Position numbers and translations under genes: made by a program | Shown: in pieces, positions 10,296 through 18,824 of the stretch | Layout: each line of letters starts with the position of its first letter | How positions within the stretch are numbered: position 1 is the stretch's first letter | The notes under the pieces: generated by a model | The model's database searches: none | Seen by the model: the letters and a program-made list of their open reading frames with translations, nothing else | What the model was told of the DNA's origin: nothing | NCBI GenBank assembly: GCA_023142835.1 | Contig: JAGLIS010000023.1 | Span: 1 to 48,659 of the forward strand | Direction: 5' to 3' | Length of the DNA: 48,659 bases | Origin: Candidatus Pacearchaeota archaeon | GTDB taxonomy: Archaea > Nanobdellota > Nanobdellia > Pacearchaeales > GW2011-AR1

Positions 10296-10353
10296 TGTGT
10301 TTAGGTTATTAATTAGAGAGTAGTTTTAAATAATAGGTTTTACTTTTTTTTGT

Positions 10354-11592
10354 ATGAGTCTGAAAAGTATTTTGAAGGAAGAGCTTGAAATTATTTCTCT
10401 TTTTCGTGAGGAGATTTCGAGTCTACAAAAAGTTGCTAAGGATTTTATTAAACAACTTGCTTCTAAGAATGTAAAAGCTTATTTGGGAGGTAGTTTAGCT
10501 AAGGGGACACTGATTAGAAAACAGAATAAACAAGATGTGGATATTTTTGTAGTATTTGATTCTAATGAAGATATTTTGAAATTTGAAAAAGTTTTGAAGA
10601 CAATTAAGTTGCCTGGAAAATTGAAAAAGGTTCATGGGTCTAGGGATTATTTTCAAATTGTTTGTGATGATATTATATTGGAAGTGGTTCCTGTTGTGAA
10701 AAATAAAAATCCTGAATTGGCGGAAAATGTTACTGATGTTTCGTTGAGTCATGTTAAGTACGTAGGAGATGTTGTAAAAAGAAATCCGAAGATTAGTGGC
10801 GAGATTAAGTTGGCTAAAGCGTTTTGCTGGGCGAATAGGTGTTATGGTGCTGAAGGTTATGTTAGAGGTTTTAGTGGTTATTCTTTAGAAGTTTTAGTAA
10901 TTTATTTTGGAGGTTTTGTTAATTTCTTGAAAAGAATCTCTAGTCGAAGAGTAATTGATCCCTTGAAATATTTCAGAAATGAGCGGGAGGTTTTAAGTGA
11001 GTTAAATGCATCGAAGTTGACTGGTCCGCTTGTTTTAGTTGATCCGACTTATAAATATAGGAATGTGACTGCAGGACTTGGTGATGAAACTTTTGAGAAA
11101 TTTAAAATTATTGTTAAGAATTTTCTGAAATCTCCTTCATTAAAGTTTTTTGAGTTGAAGCCTATTGATGTGGACGGATTAAAAAATCTTGCTAATAAAA
11201 AGAAGGCAGTGTTTATTGAAATTGATTTAGAGATAGATAGGCAAGAGGGAGATATTGCTGGGACGAAGATGAAGAAATTTTTTAATTTTTTAATTAGTGA
11301 GCTTGGAAGGAAACAGCAAAAAGTTTTGGCGAGTGATTTTGATTATTCTGGTGAAGGTAAAAAGGCGAAAGGATATTTAGTTGTTGAAGAAAAAAAGGAA
11401 ATTGAGATTCGAGGTCCTTCGATTGGATTGGTCGATGCTGTTAGGGAGTTTAGAAAGGCAAAAGGCAAGAAGGTTTTTAAGAAAAAAGGTTATTGGTGGT
11501 TTAAAAAAGAAATAGGTATTGTAGAGGTTTTTAGATTTATTAAGAAAGTTGAAAGAGAAATGAGTGTGGGTGCGAAGTTAAATAATTTCTAG
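10354..11592 (+). CDS. cca: CCA-adding tRNA nucleotidyltransferase (class I)
   Basis: GGSLAKGT...DVDIF nucleotidyltransferase motif, YGAE...GFSGYSLE, LVDPT..RNV. Confidence 0.93.
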   Translation: MSLKSILKEELEIISLFREEISSLQKVAKDFIKQLASKNVKAYLGGSLAKGTLIRKQNKQDVDIFVVFDSNEDILKFEKVLKTIKLPGKLKKVHGSRDYFQIVCDDIILEVVPVVKNKNPELAENVTDVSLSHVKYVGDVVKRNPKISGEIKLAKAFCWANRCYGAEGYVRGFSGYSLEVLVIYFGGFVNFLKRISSRRVIDPLKYFRNEREVLSELNASKLTGPLVLVDPTYKYRNVTAGLGDETFEKFKIIVKNFLKSPSLKFFELKPIDVDGLKNLANKKKAVFIEIDLEIDRQEGDIAGTKMKKFFNFLISELGRKQQKVLASDFDYSGEGKKAKGYLVVEEKKEIEIRGPSIGLVDAVREFRKAKGKKVFKKKGYWWFKKEIGIVEVFRFIKKVEREMSVGAKLNNF

Positions 11593-11961
11593 ATTTTTTC
11601 TGTTTCTAATTGTTAAAATTTTGTTGGTTACTCTTTTTTTCAAATTTTTATCTAGTGTTGCTAAAATAATTTTTTTCTCAGAAATATAATTTTTTATTTT
11701 AATGTCAACATTAGGATTATTTCCTGGGAGTTTTATAATTTTATGGTTGATTGTTTGTAAAATTTCTAAACTTAATTTAGCTGAGTTTTTGTCTAGGATT
11801 TTTATTCCTTTTTTATCTTTTATATTTTTCAATTCATCCAAAACTTCTTGGGGAATAATCCATTCAATTGGTTCGTCAAAGAGGTCGTTTGTGATGCTGT
11901 TAAAATCTATTTTTTGTTTTATACAGGTTAGAATAAAGTTTGTGTCGAGTAATATTTTCAT
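11578..11961 (-). CDS. PIN-domain protein (Fcf1/Utp24-like)
   Basis: ILLDTNF, VLDEL, VD, LATLDKNL acidic PIN motifs. Confidence 0.88.
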   Translation of the reverse strand: MKILLDTNFILTCIKQKIDFNSITNDLFDEPIEWIIPQEVLDELKNIKDKKGIKILDKNSAKLSLEILQTINHKIIKLPGNNPNVDIKIKNYISEKKIILATLDKNLKKRVTNKILTIRNRKNLEII

Positions 11962-12011
11962 ATTATTTATAATTTGAGAAGATTTATATAACTTCTCTTC
12001 TTAATAAATAA

Positions 12012-12572
12012 ATGAAGGAAGTGGGGAATGTTTTGAGGATTTTAAGAGAGACTAAGAAGTTTATGGAAGAGGGTAATTTTCATGAAATAAAAGATTTATC
12101 AAGTCAGACAATTCATTCTGCGACAATTTCTCAAGATGCGGATAATATTATTGTGGCTGTTTTGGTTTATTCTTTGAGTAAGATTCTTGAACGAGAGCAT
12201 TACAGAGATATGGAAGGTTGGTCGGAGTTTTATGATGCTATGACTAAAAATCTTGATTTGGCTATTCAGGCGCTTGAGAAGAATGATGTTGAAAAAACGC
12301 GGGTTTATCTTGGGAAGATTAGAAATTCATTGAATAAAATTTCGGGTGATCTGGGTCAGTATATTAAGGATATTTTTAGGAAGGCGGAAATTAATAAGGC
12401 GTTTAAACTTTATGAGCATGGTTTGTCGTCGGAGCAGACTGCAAAGCTTCTTGGAGTGAGTTTGTGGGATATGGCATCGTATATTGGACAGTCACATATT
12501 GGCGATTCAAAAATTGCGATTAGTATGCCTGTGGCGAAGAGGGTTAAGATTGCAGAGGATATTTTTGGATGA
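12012..12572 (+). CDS. Conserved protein with C-terminal UPF0175-like HTH (antitoxin-like)
   Basis: AFKLYEHGLSSEQTAKLLGVSLWDM resembles the UPF0175/COG2886 HTH. Confidence 0.7.
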   Translation: MKEVGNVLRILRETKKFMEEGNFHEIKDLSSQTIHSATISQDADNIIVAVLVYSLSKILEREHYRDMEGWSEFYDAMTKNLDLAIQALEKNDVEKTRVYLGKIRNSLNKISGDLGQYIKDIFRKAEINKAFKLYEHGLSSEQTAKLLGVSLWDMASYIGQSHIGDSKIAISMPVAKRVKIAEDIFG

Positions 12573-12634
12573 AGATTCGGAAGGCGAAGAAAGGGGATGA
12601 AATGCGGATTTCTGGTATATTCAGAAGGGGTTAG
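12569..12634 (+). pseudogene. N-terminal remnant of a GNAT-like acetyltransferase
   Basis: ATGA overlap with the upstream stop; MKIRKAKKGDEMRISGIFRRG* has the typical GNAT start IRxAxxxD. Confidence 0.55.
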
Positions 12635-12715
12635 TTGAAATTTTTTACTAAGGTGGATGCAATTCGGAACGAGATGAATCGGTAGATTTAAAAGTTCTTG
12701 AATTTTGAAGTATCT

Positions 12716-12793
12716 ATGGCAAGTAACCGAAGTATACGGATGAAGAATTTAACTGTTAGTTTGGTCTGTGCTGTTTTGTTCTACGCTGGATAA
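12716..12793 (+). CDS. Putative 25-aa leader ORF upstream of ABC-F
   Basis: MASNRSIRMKNLTVSLVCAVLFYAG*, about 25 nt downstream of a TTTAAAAG TATA-like box. Confidence 0.35.
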   Translation: MASNRSIRMKNLTVSLVCAVLFYAG

Positions 12794-12849
12794 ATGTTGA
12801 TCCCACTTGGGACATTTATGCAAAATCATCTAAATTTTTATTTTACAAT

Positions 12850-14451
12850 ATGATATCTATTAACGATTTTACAAAAAGCTTTGAAAGAGACAATTTATTC
12901 GAAAACATGAATTTAATAATCCATCCGAATAAGCGAATTGCGTTAGTCGGTAAAAATGGTGCAGGGAAAACGACGTTTCTAAGGTGTCTGGTTGGACAGG
13001 AAGAGTTCCAGGGAAGAATCACAACTGACAAAATAAAGATAAGTATAATGGAACAGGAAAACAACTTTGAAAATTTAGATAAAACATTTAACGACTATAT
13101 TAGCGACAAGAAGCAAGGGTTGGAAAAGATGAAAATTGAACTAGAAGAACAGATGAGTGCCCCTGAATTTTATGAAGATGAAAATAAATTTAGTGCATTA
13201 ATGAATCGTTATGATCTTCTTTTGACAGATGGTTCATTTGAATTAGAAAATGCTGATCTAATCGAAATTCTAGACAAGTTAGATATAAATGAGAATGTTC
13301 TAAACCAGAAGATATCTAGCTTGAGCGGCGGGCAAAAGATAAAGTTACGTCTTGCAGAATGTCTTGCGAAAAAGGCCGATCTCTACTTGCTAGATGAGCC
13401 AACAAATCACATAGATTTGGAAACGTCTGAATGGCTGGGAAAACATATTCAAGAAAATATAAAATCTTTAATTGTAATTTCTCATGATAGGTATTTTTTA
13501 AATGAGATTGTAGATGAGGTATGGAAAATCGAAGACAAAAAACTGGAAAAGTATATAGGTAGTTATGACGATTATGAAGAAGAAGAATTTAAACATTTGA
13601 AATTGTTAAGAGAGAAATTCAGGGATGCCACAAGGCGAAAGGAAAAGTTATTGGAATCTGCGAAAGAAAAAAGGCGTTGGGCTTCTATGGCAGGGAGTAA
13701 AAGATTAAAGTCCTTAGCAGATAGATTGGAGCGAGAAGCGGAAAGTATAGAGATAGGAGTGAACCCTGAAGATTTACTTGTTGACATTAAAATAGCATTC
13801 ACAAATAAGAAGCTTCATAAATGTGAGGTCTTCAGATTAGTCGATTTGACTAAAAAGTTCGAAGAGAAAATACTTTTTGAGAATGTTAATCAAGAGATTA
13901 CTAATGGTGAGAAGATTGCGATTATCGGAAGAAATGGAAGTGGGAAGACAACTTTATTGAAAATGCTAATGGGGCATGAGGCAGTAACGGGTGGAGCTAT
14001 GAATAAAAGGCAGGACTTAAAGATAGGTTACTTTGATCAAGAGCTAGGAGATATAGACAAAAAACAAACAGTAATGGAATTTTTAGAAAGCGAGATAGGC
14101 AAAAAGCGAGAAACTCTGACTTCGGCTCTTTCGGGATTTGATTTTGATAAAAAATTTCTTTCTCAAAAAATCAAAAAATTATCTGGCGGAGAAAAGGGAA
14201 GATTAAATATCTTAAGGATAACATTAGAGGATAATGAGATCTTATTATTGGATGAACCAACAAATAATCTAGACATTAATCTAAAAGATTTATTAGAGAA
14301 GGCGATTAGGAAATTTCCCGGGACGGTTGTGATTATTTCTCATGATAGGCATTTTATGGATAAGGTGGCTACGAGAATATTCGAGATTAAAGATAAAAAG
14401 ATAAAAGGTTATAGTGGAAACTATTCTGATTATCTTGAAATTAAAAAGTAG
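12850..14451 (+). CDS. ABC-F family ribosome-associated ATPase
   Basis: Two ABC domains (GKNGAGKT/LSGGQ/LLDEPTNH and GRNGSGKT/LSGGE/LLDEPTNN), helical interdomain linker, no TM segments. Confidence 0.95.
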   Translation: MISINDFTKSFERDNLFENMNLIIHPNKRIALVGKNGAGKTTFLRCLVGQEEFQGRITTDKIKISIMEQENNFENLDKTFNDYISDKKQGLEKMKIELEEQMSAPEFYEDENKFSALMNRYDLLLTDGSFELENADLIEILDKLDINENVLNQKISSLSGGQKIKLRLAECLAKKADLYLLDEPTNHIDLETSEWLGKHIQENIKSLIVISHDRYFLNEIVDEVWKIEDKKLEKYIGSYDDYEEEEFKHLKLLREKFRDATRRKEKLLESAKEKRRWASMAGSKRLKSLADRLEREAESIEIGVNPEDLLVDIKIAFTNKKLHKCEVFRLVDLTKKFEEKILFENVNQEITNGEKIAIIGRNGSGKTTLLKMLMGHEAVTGGAMNKRQDLKIGYFDQELGDIDKKQTVMEFLESEIGKKRETLTSALSGFDFDKKFLSQKIKKLSGGEKGRLNILRITLEDNEILLLDEPTNNLDINLKDLLEKAIRKFPGTVVIISHDRHFMDKVATRIFEIKDKKIKGYSGNYSDYLEIKK

Positions 14452-14560
14452 TTAATTTTTTACTTAAGAATAAAGAAATAAATATTTAATTTTCGATGCG
14501 GAGTTGATAATGGGCAGATATTTAAATAGTATTTTACTTATATGAATAATATGTTACTTA

Positions 14561-14626
14561 ATGAAAAGGAATTTAAAATTTAATGATGGGGGGAGTCATA
14601 TTTTGGCGATGAAAAAATTAAAATGA
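14561..14626 (+). pseudogene. Gene remnant, possibly a GNAT C-terminus
   Basis: MKRNLKFNDGGSHILAMKKLK* ends in an ATGA overlap with the next junction copy. Confidence 0.35.
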
Positions 14627-14679
14627 AATATTTAATCTTCGACGCAGGATTTAAAATTATGAATGGGGTGTTTGAATGA
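14623..14679 (+). repeat. Junction mini-ORF: copy of the 5' end of the 15922 gene
   Basis: atgaaatatttaatcttcgacgc is identical to 15922-15944; reads MKYLIFDAG-FKIMNGVFE*. Confidence 0.9.
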
Positions 14680-15254
14680 AATTCCAAGAAGTAATTGACA
14701 AAAGACATACTACGAGAGAATTTGAAGAAAAGAAAGTTTCGTTGAAGACCTTAAAAAAATTAGTCTCGAATGCAACAAAAGCACCTTCTGCAGCAAATTG
14801 GCAGCCAGGGGAATTTTATATAATTCAATCAGAAGAGATGATAAAAAAACTTTCAGAAATATTAGTGAAATTTTTAGGAAAAGAAAATAAAGAATTGAAA
14901 AAACTTCCGAAGAAATTGCAGGGAATAACCAATAAATTTTATTCAACTCTTGGAGGATGTAAAACTGTAATTTTTGTGTATACAAAAAGAAATAAAGATT
15001 TGAGAAAAAGAGATAGTAGTATTATGAGTGTTTCTGCGTCAATTGAGAATTTGTTGCTTAGTGCAGTTGATGAAAATCTTGGGACTTGCTGGATGGGTTC
15101 ATTCAAGATGGTTCAAAAAGAGATTAATGTGCTTTTGAAAATTCCAAAAAACTTTGAAATGGTTGCGGGATTATTAATTGGTTATCCAAAGAAGGGTTAT
15201 ATTCCGCTTAAAAGAAAAAAGAAAAAACTTTCGGAGGTTTTGAGAGTTATATGA
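14676..15254 (+). CDS. Nitroreductase-family protein
   Basis: KRHTTREF, APSAANWQP, ENLLLSAVDENLGTCW, IGYP. Confidence 0.95.
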   Translation: MKFQEVIDKRHTTREFEEKKVSLKTLKKLVSNATKAPSAANWQPGEFYIIQSEEMIKKLSEILVKFLGKENKELKKLPKKLQGITNKFYSTLGGCKTVIFVYTKRNKDLRKRDSSIMSVSASIENLLLSAVDENLGTCWMGSFKMVQKEINVLLKIPKNFEMVAGLLIGYPKKGYIPLKRKKKKLSEVLRVI

Positions 15255-15277
15255 AATATCTAATCTTCTATACGGGA
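15251..15277 (+). repeat. Second degenerate copy of the 5' end of the 15922 gene (opens a 46-aa ORF ending at 15391)
   Basis: atgaaatatctaatcttctatacggga = MKYLIFYTG versus MKYLIFDAG; ATGA overlap. Confidence 0.8.
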
Positions 15278-15391
15278 AAAATTAAAAACCAAAACAAATA
15301 TAAACTGAGTTCTATAATAGATTATAATTTAAGTCCTCGGTGTTACCTGCAAGGATATGCTGGGTTTTATATTTTTAAGAGGTGTTTTTGA

Positions 15392-15925
15392 ATGAAACTA
15401 ATTTATATTTACGGACCTCCTGCTTCGGGAAAACTAACTGTAGCTAAAGAACTAGAGAAACTTACAAAATATAAATTGTTTCATAATCATTTGATTAATG
15501 ATGTTATTTCAGAAATTATGGATTTTGAACATCCTAAATTCTGGAAATTTACTGATAGATTGAAATTGGAGGTTTTTGGTTTAGCTTCTCGATTTAATGT
15601 AGGGGGAATGATTTTTACTCAAACATATGTTGGCGGGAGTTTTCCAAAGAAAGCAAAAAAAATAATTGAAAAGTATGATGGAAGAGTTTATTTTGTAAAA
15701 CTTGAACCGAGCAAAGAGGAATTAATGAAAAGGGTTTGTTATGTTTTTAGAAAGAAATATCAAAAATTTTCTTCAAAAAATGAATTAAAAAAATTTATGG
15801 AAAAAAATGATGCCTATAGGAAAGCTTCTGCAAAAAATCAAATGATCATCGATAATACATGTGTTCCCTCGAAGAAAGTCGCTGAGATGATTGTAAAGAA
15901 TTTTAAATTGAGGAGATTATTATGA
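15392..15925 (+). CDS. P-loop small-molecule kinase (AAA_33/shikimate kinase-like)
   Basis: LIYIYGPPASGKLTVAKEL Walker A, FHNH, C-terminal IDNT. Confidence 0.88.
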   Translation: MKLIYIYGPPASGKLTVAKELEKLTKYKLFHNHLINDVISEIMDFEHPKFWKFTDRLKLEVFGLASRFNVGGMIFTQTYVGGSFPKKAKKIIEKYDGRVYFVKLEPSKEELMKRVCYVFRKKYQKFSSKNELKKFMEKNDAYRKASAKNQMIIDNTCVPSKKVAEMIVKNFKLRRLL

Positions 15926-16596
15926 AATATTTAATCTTCGACGCTGGGCCGATAATTTCTTTGACGATGAATGGGATGTTGTATTTGGTTGAGAATTTGA
16001 AGGAAGGGTTTGATGGAGAATTTATTTTGACGCCTCAGGTTAAGAGAGAGGTTGTTGACAGGCCGATGAAAATTAAGAAGTATAAGCTCGAAGCTATTCA
16101 GGTTAATGATATGATTGAGAGAGGTGTTTTTAAGATGTCTTCGGAGATTGTGTCAAATCAGAAATTGGATGTGGAAGTTAAGCGGATTTTGAAAGTTACT
16201 GGAGGAGTTTTAAGAACGGTGCAAACTGGTGAGAAGATAAAGATTATTCATAGTGGTGAAGCGGCGTGTCTCGCATTTTCTAAGTTATGTGGTGCGGAGA
16301 GTGTAATCATTATTGATGAGAGAACTACAAGGATGTTGACGGAGGCACCGCAGAATTTGAAGGAGATGATGGAGAGGAAATTGCATACACCACTTAAAGC
16401 AGAACTGTCGTTGCTGGATGAGTTGAAGGATTTTAAATTCATCCGTTCTGCAGAGCTTCTTTTTGTTGCTTATAAAAAAGGGTTAATACCTATAAAGAAA
16501 AGTAAAGATTTACTTGATGCTTTGCTTTATGGTGTCAAGTTTAAAGGTGCGGCGATTTCTTCTAAAGAGATTGAAGAGATGAAAAAATTGGTTTAG
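15922..16596 (+). CDS. PIN-domain protein (DUF3368/COG2405-like)
   Basis: IFDAGPIISL, VKREV, GEAACLA, IIDERTTR. Confidence 0.8.
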   Translation: MKYLIFDAGPIISLTMNGMLYLVENLKEGFDGEFILTPQVKREVVDRPMKIKKYKLEAIQVNDMIERGVFKMSSEIVSNQKLDVEVKRILKVTGGVLRTVQTGEKIKIIHSGEAACLAFSKLCGAESVIIIDERTTRMLTEAPQNLKEMMERKLHTPLKAELSLLDELKDFKFIRSAELLFVAYKKGLIPIKKSKDLLDALLYGVKFKGAAISSKEIEEMKKLV

Positions 16597-16680
16597 ATTT
16601 TTAGTTAATAGTTTTTGGATTGTTTGTTGCTCTGTATCGTTGTCTTTCGGATAATTTATTGGATTCGCTGAGAATTAATT

Positions 16681-17358
16681 TTATAAGATTAACTTTGGAA
16701 TTTCGTCTAAAGACTTGACTTGCGAATACTTTTCTAATTTTGAATCAGGAGAATCTGATCTATGAACATATATTCCTTTAGCATTTGCCGGATAATTCTT
16801 CCTTAAATCATCTGCCACAAGAACATCCTCTGCTCTATCTCCAATACAATAGATGTCACCCTCTTGATATTGCATTTTTTTTAACAAATCTATTGCCCCT
16901 TCATACTTTGTTTTTTGGTCATTGGAAACTATACTAATTCTATCTCCAAAATATTCTTCTAATCCCAAATGTCGAATTTTTTGAAGTTGATTGCTTTTAT
17001 TAGAGGATCTTGAAAGTAACCCTAAATTTACTCCATTTTCCATTAAGGAATTTAATATCTTTCTTGTTTCAGAATAAAGAGTTATTTCTCCAGAGTTTAA
17101 AGCACCATCTAGTGTATACAAATTCTTAAAATTCTCTCTGTAGCTTTGATCTAATTCTTCTTTACCAAATCCGTATTGAGCTGCTAATGCATATTTGTCC
17201 TTTTTCCCTTCGGTAACTGCCTGTCTTTCTGTAATGGAAATACCAAGACCTCTGAATGTTTTTATAAGCTCATTAGACATCCATTTGTCAGAATTTACCA
17301 AAGTTCCATCAAGGTCAAATATAGCAACTCTCTTTTTCGATATATCTTTATTTATCAT
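16681..17358 (-). CDS. HAD-superfamily hydrolase
   Basis: IFDLDGTLVNS motif I, LLS motif II, IGD..EDV motif IV; ATG at 17358 preferred over the upstream TTG. Confidence 0.92.
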   Translation of the reverse strand: MINKDISKKRVAIFDLDGTLVNSDKWMSNELIKTFRGLGISITERQAVTEGKKDKYALAAQYGFGKEELDQSYRENFKNLYTLDGALNSGEITLYSETRKILNSLMENGVNLGLLSRSSNKSNQLQKIRHLGLEEYFGDRISIVSNDQKTKYEGAIDLLKKMQYQEGDIYCIGDRAEDVLVADDLRKNYPANAKGIYVHRSDSPDSKLEKYSQVKSLDEIPKLIL

Positions 17359-17450
17359 GTAACTACTAAGCAAGGGTAATATATAAACCTTTTGTTTTCC
17401 AATTTTTTGGGATTACAAAGATATATAAACATTACAATAAATTTAAATAT

Positions 17451-17990
17451 ATGAAATTAATATTTGTTTATGGCCCTCCAGCATCGGGAAAACTTACTGT
17501 ATCAAAAGAATTATCAAAAATTACTGGATATAAATTGTTTCACAATATGCTTACAGTTGACTTGGCGCAAACTGTTTTGGATTGGAATGATAAAAATTTC
17601 GGTGACTTAACAACAAAATACAGACTTATAACTTTTGAAGAGGCAGCAAAAGCAAATGTAGAAGGGATTATATTTACTTATGCTTATGCACCTGGAGTTG
17701 ATGATGATTTTGTAAAAAAAGTTATTAATCAAATGAAATCACATAATGGAGAGATACATTTTGTGCAGATTCACGCAGAAAAAGAAGAACTATTAAAAAG
17801 AGTTGAAAGCGATTCTAGAAAAGAACTCAAAAAATTAATTGATAAATCTGTATTAGAAAAGCAGTTAGTCAAGAGAGATCAATATGCAAAAATTCCTTTT
17901 GTTGAAACTTTTTCTGTTGATACTACCTGCGTTTCTGCAAAAGAAACTGCTGAGAAAATAAAAGAACATTTTAAATTAGTTTCTGATTAA
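17451..17990 (+). CDS. P-loop small-molecule kinase, paralog of 15392
   Basis: MKLIFVYGPPASGKLTVSKELSKITGYKLFHN, near-identical N-terminus to 15392. Confidence 0.88.
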   Translation: MKLIFVYGPPASGKLTVSKELSKITGYKLFHNMLTVDLAQTVLDWNDKNFGDLTTKYRLITFEEAAKANVEGIIFTYAYAPGVDDDFVKKVINQMKSHNGEIHFVQIHAEKEELLKRVESDSRKELKKLIDKSVLEKQLVKRDQYAKIPFVETFSVDTTCVSAKETAEKIKEHFKLVSD

Positions 17991-18153
17991 AAAGTATAAT
18001 TTCTTTTCAAAAAAGAAGACAAAATAAGAACCCCCTATTTTCTTTTTGCCCCAAAGGAGGTACTCTTTAAGCAGAAAAAGAAACATAAAATTATAACTCG
18101 TTTTATTAATTTAAATTTAAAAGTATGGAGTTATAGATTATTTTAGTTAGTTA

Positions 18154-18193
18154 GGGTGCATTGGATAATGATGGTCTGCTCGGCTCCACAACC
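18154..18193 (+). pseudogene. 5'-half remnant of a tRNA-Trp(CCA)
   Basis: gggtgca-tt-ggat-aatgatg-gtct-g-ctcgg-ct-CCA-ca: acceptor 5' strand, pairable D-arm and CCA anticodon loop; no 3' half follows. Confidence 0.6.
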
Positions 18194-18240
18194 TTTTTTG
18201 GGGTACAAATATTTAAATAGCCCATGTCTTAATTATTAAT

Positions 18241-18717
18241 ATGGAATGGACTATTAAGGAGGAGAATGAATTGAAAGAAAAATATTTTTCTTGTGTCAAT
18301 CTTAGAGAACTTGAAATTCATTTGAATCGAAGTGTTCGCTCCATAAAACAAAAGGCCGCAAGACTTGGATTGTCAAGAGGGCGTGCGCCTATCAATAAAC
18401 CGAAAAATAAGAAACATAGAAATATTATAGATAAAAAATATTATGAGAATAACAAAAAGAGAATTTAACACACTAAGACAAAACGATTGAGAAGGATAAA
18501 AGCTGAAATAATAAATTTTTTGGGAGGAAGATGTTCCAAATGTGGTTATGATAAATGTAGGGCGGCGTTGGAATTTCATCACAATACTTCAGATAAGGGT
18601 GGGGATATGGCGTATATAATTAAAAATAAATCTAGAGAGAAGGCTTTAAAAGAAGGAAAGAAATGTATATTATTATGTGCGAATTGTCATAGAGAATTGC
18701 ACAATAGGGGTTCATAG
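18241..18717 (+). pseudogene. HNH endonuclease with N-terminal HTH-like domain, interrupted by one in-frame TAA
   Basis: ORFs 18241 and 18487 share a frame, with TAA at 18466-18468. GGRCSKCGY..C..ALEFHH...LCANCHRELH; the 3' end overlaps tRNA-Trp. Confidence 0.85.
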
Positions 18718-18778
18718 TTCAAAGGTAGAATTTCGGTCTCCAGAACCGACGATGTGGGTTCGATTCCTGCTGAGCCCA
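18708..18778 (+). tRNA. trnW: tRNA-Trp(CCA), intronless
   Basis: GGGTTCA/TGAGCCC acceptor, GTTC/GAAT D-stem, TCGGT-ct-CCA-ga-ACCGA, GTGGG-TTCGATT-CCTGC T-arm, A73. Confidence 0.95.
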
Positions 18779-18824
18779 TCTGCCCTCCCAATACTTTTAT
18801 AAATAAAGTCTTCTTAGTTTTGTT

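Noticed and set aside
15378..15395. agaggtgtttttgaatga as another copy of the 12012 gene's 3' end
   Set aside because: A very similar string occurs at 33262 upstream of pfkB, so it is more simply a GAGGTG SD followed by a T-run.
18466..18468. Stop-codon reassignment or readthrough
   Set aside because: TAA terminates many clear genes in this window (tuf, ileS, pheT), so a nonsense mutation is simpler.
18154..18778. Split tRNA, or one tRNA-Trp with a giant HNH-containing intron
   Set aside because: The downstream tRNA is complete on its own. No BHB motif or complementary GC-rich leader joins the remnant to a 3' half.
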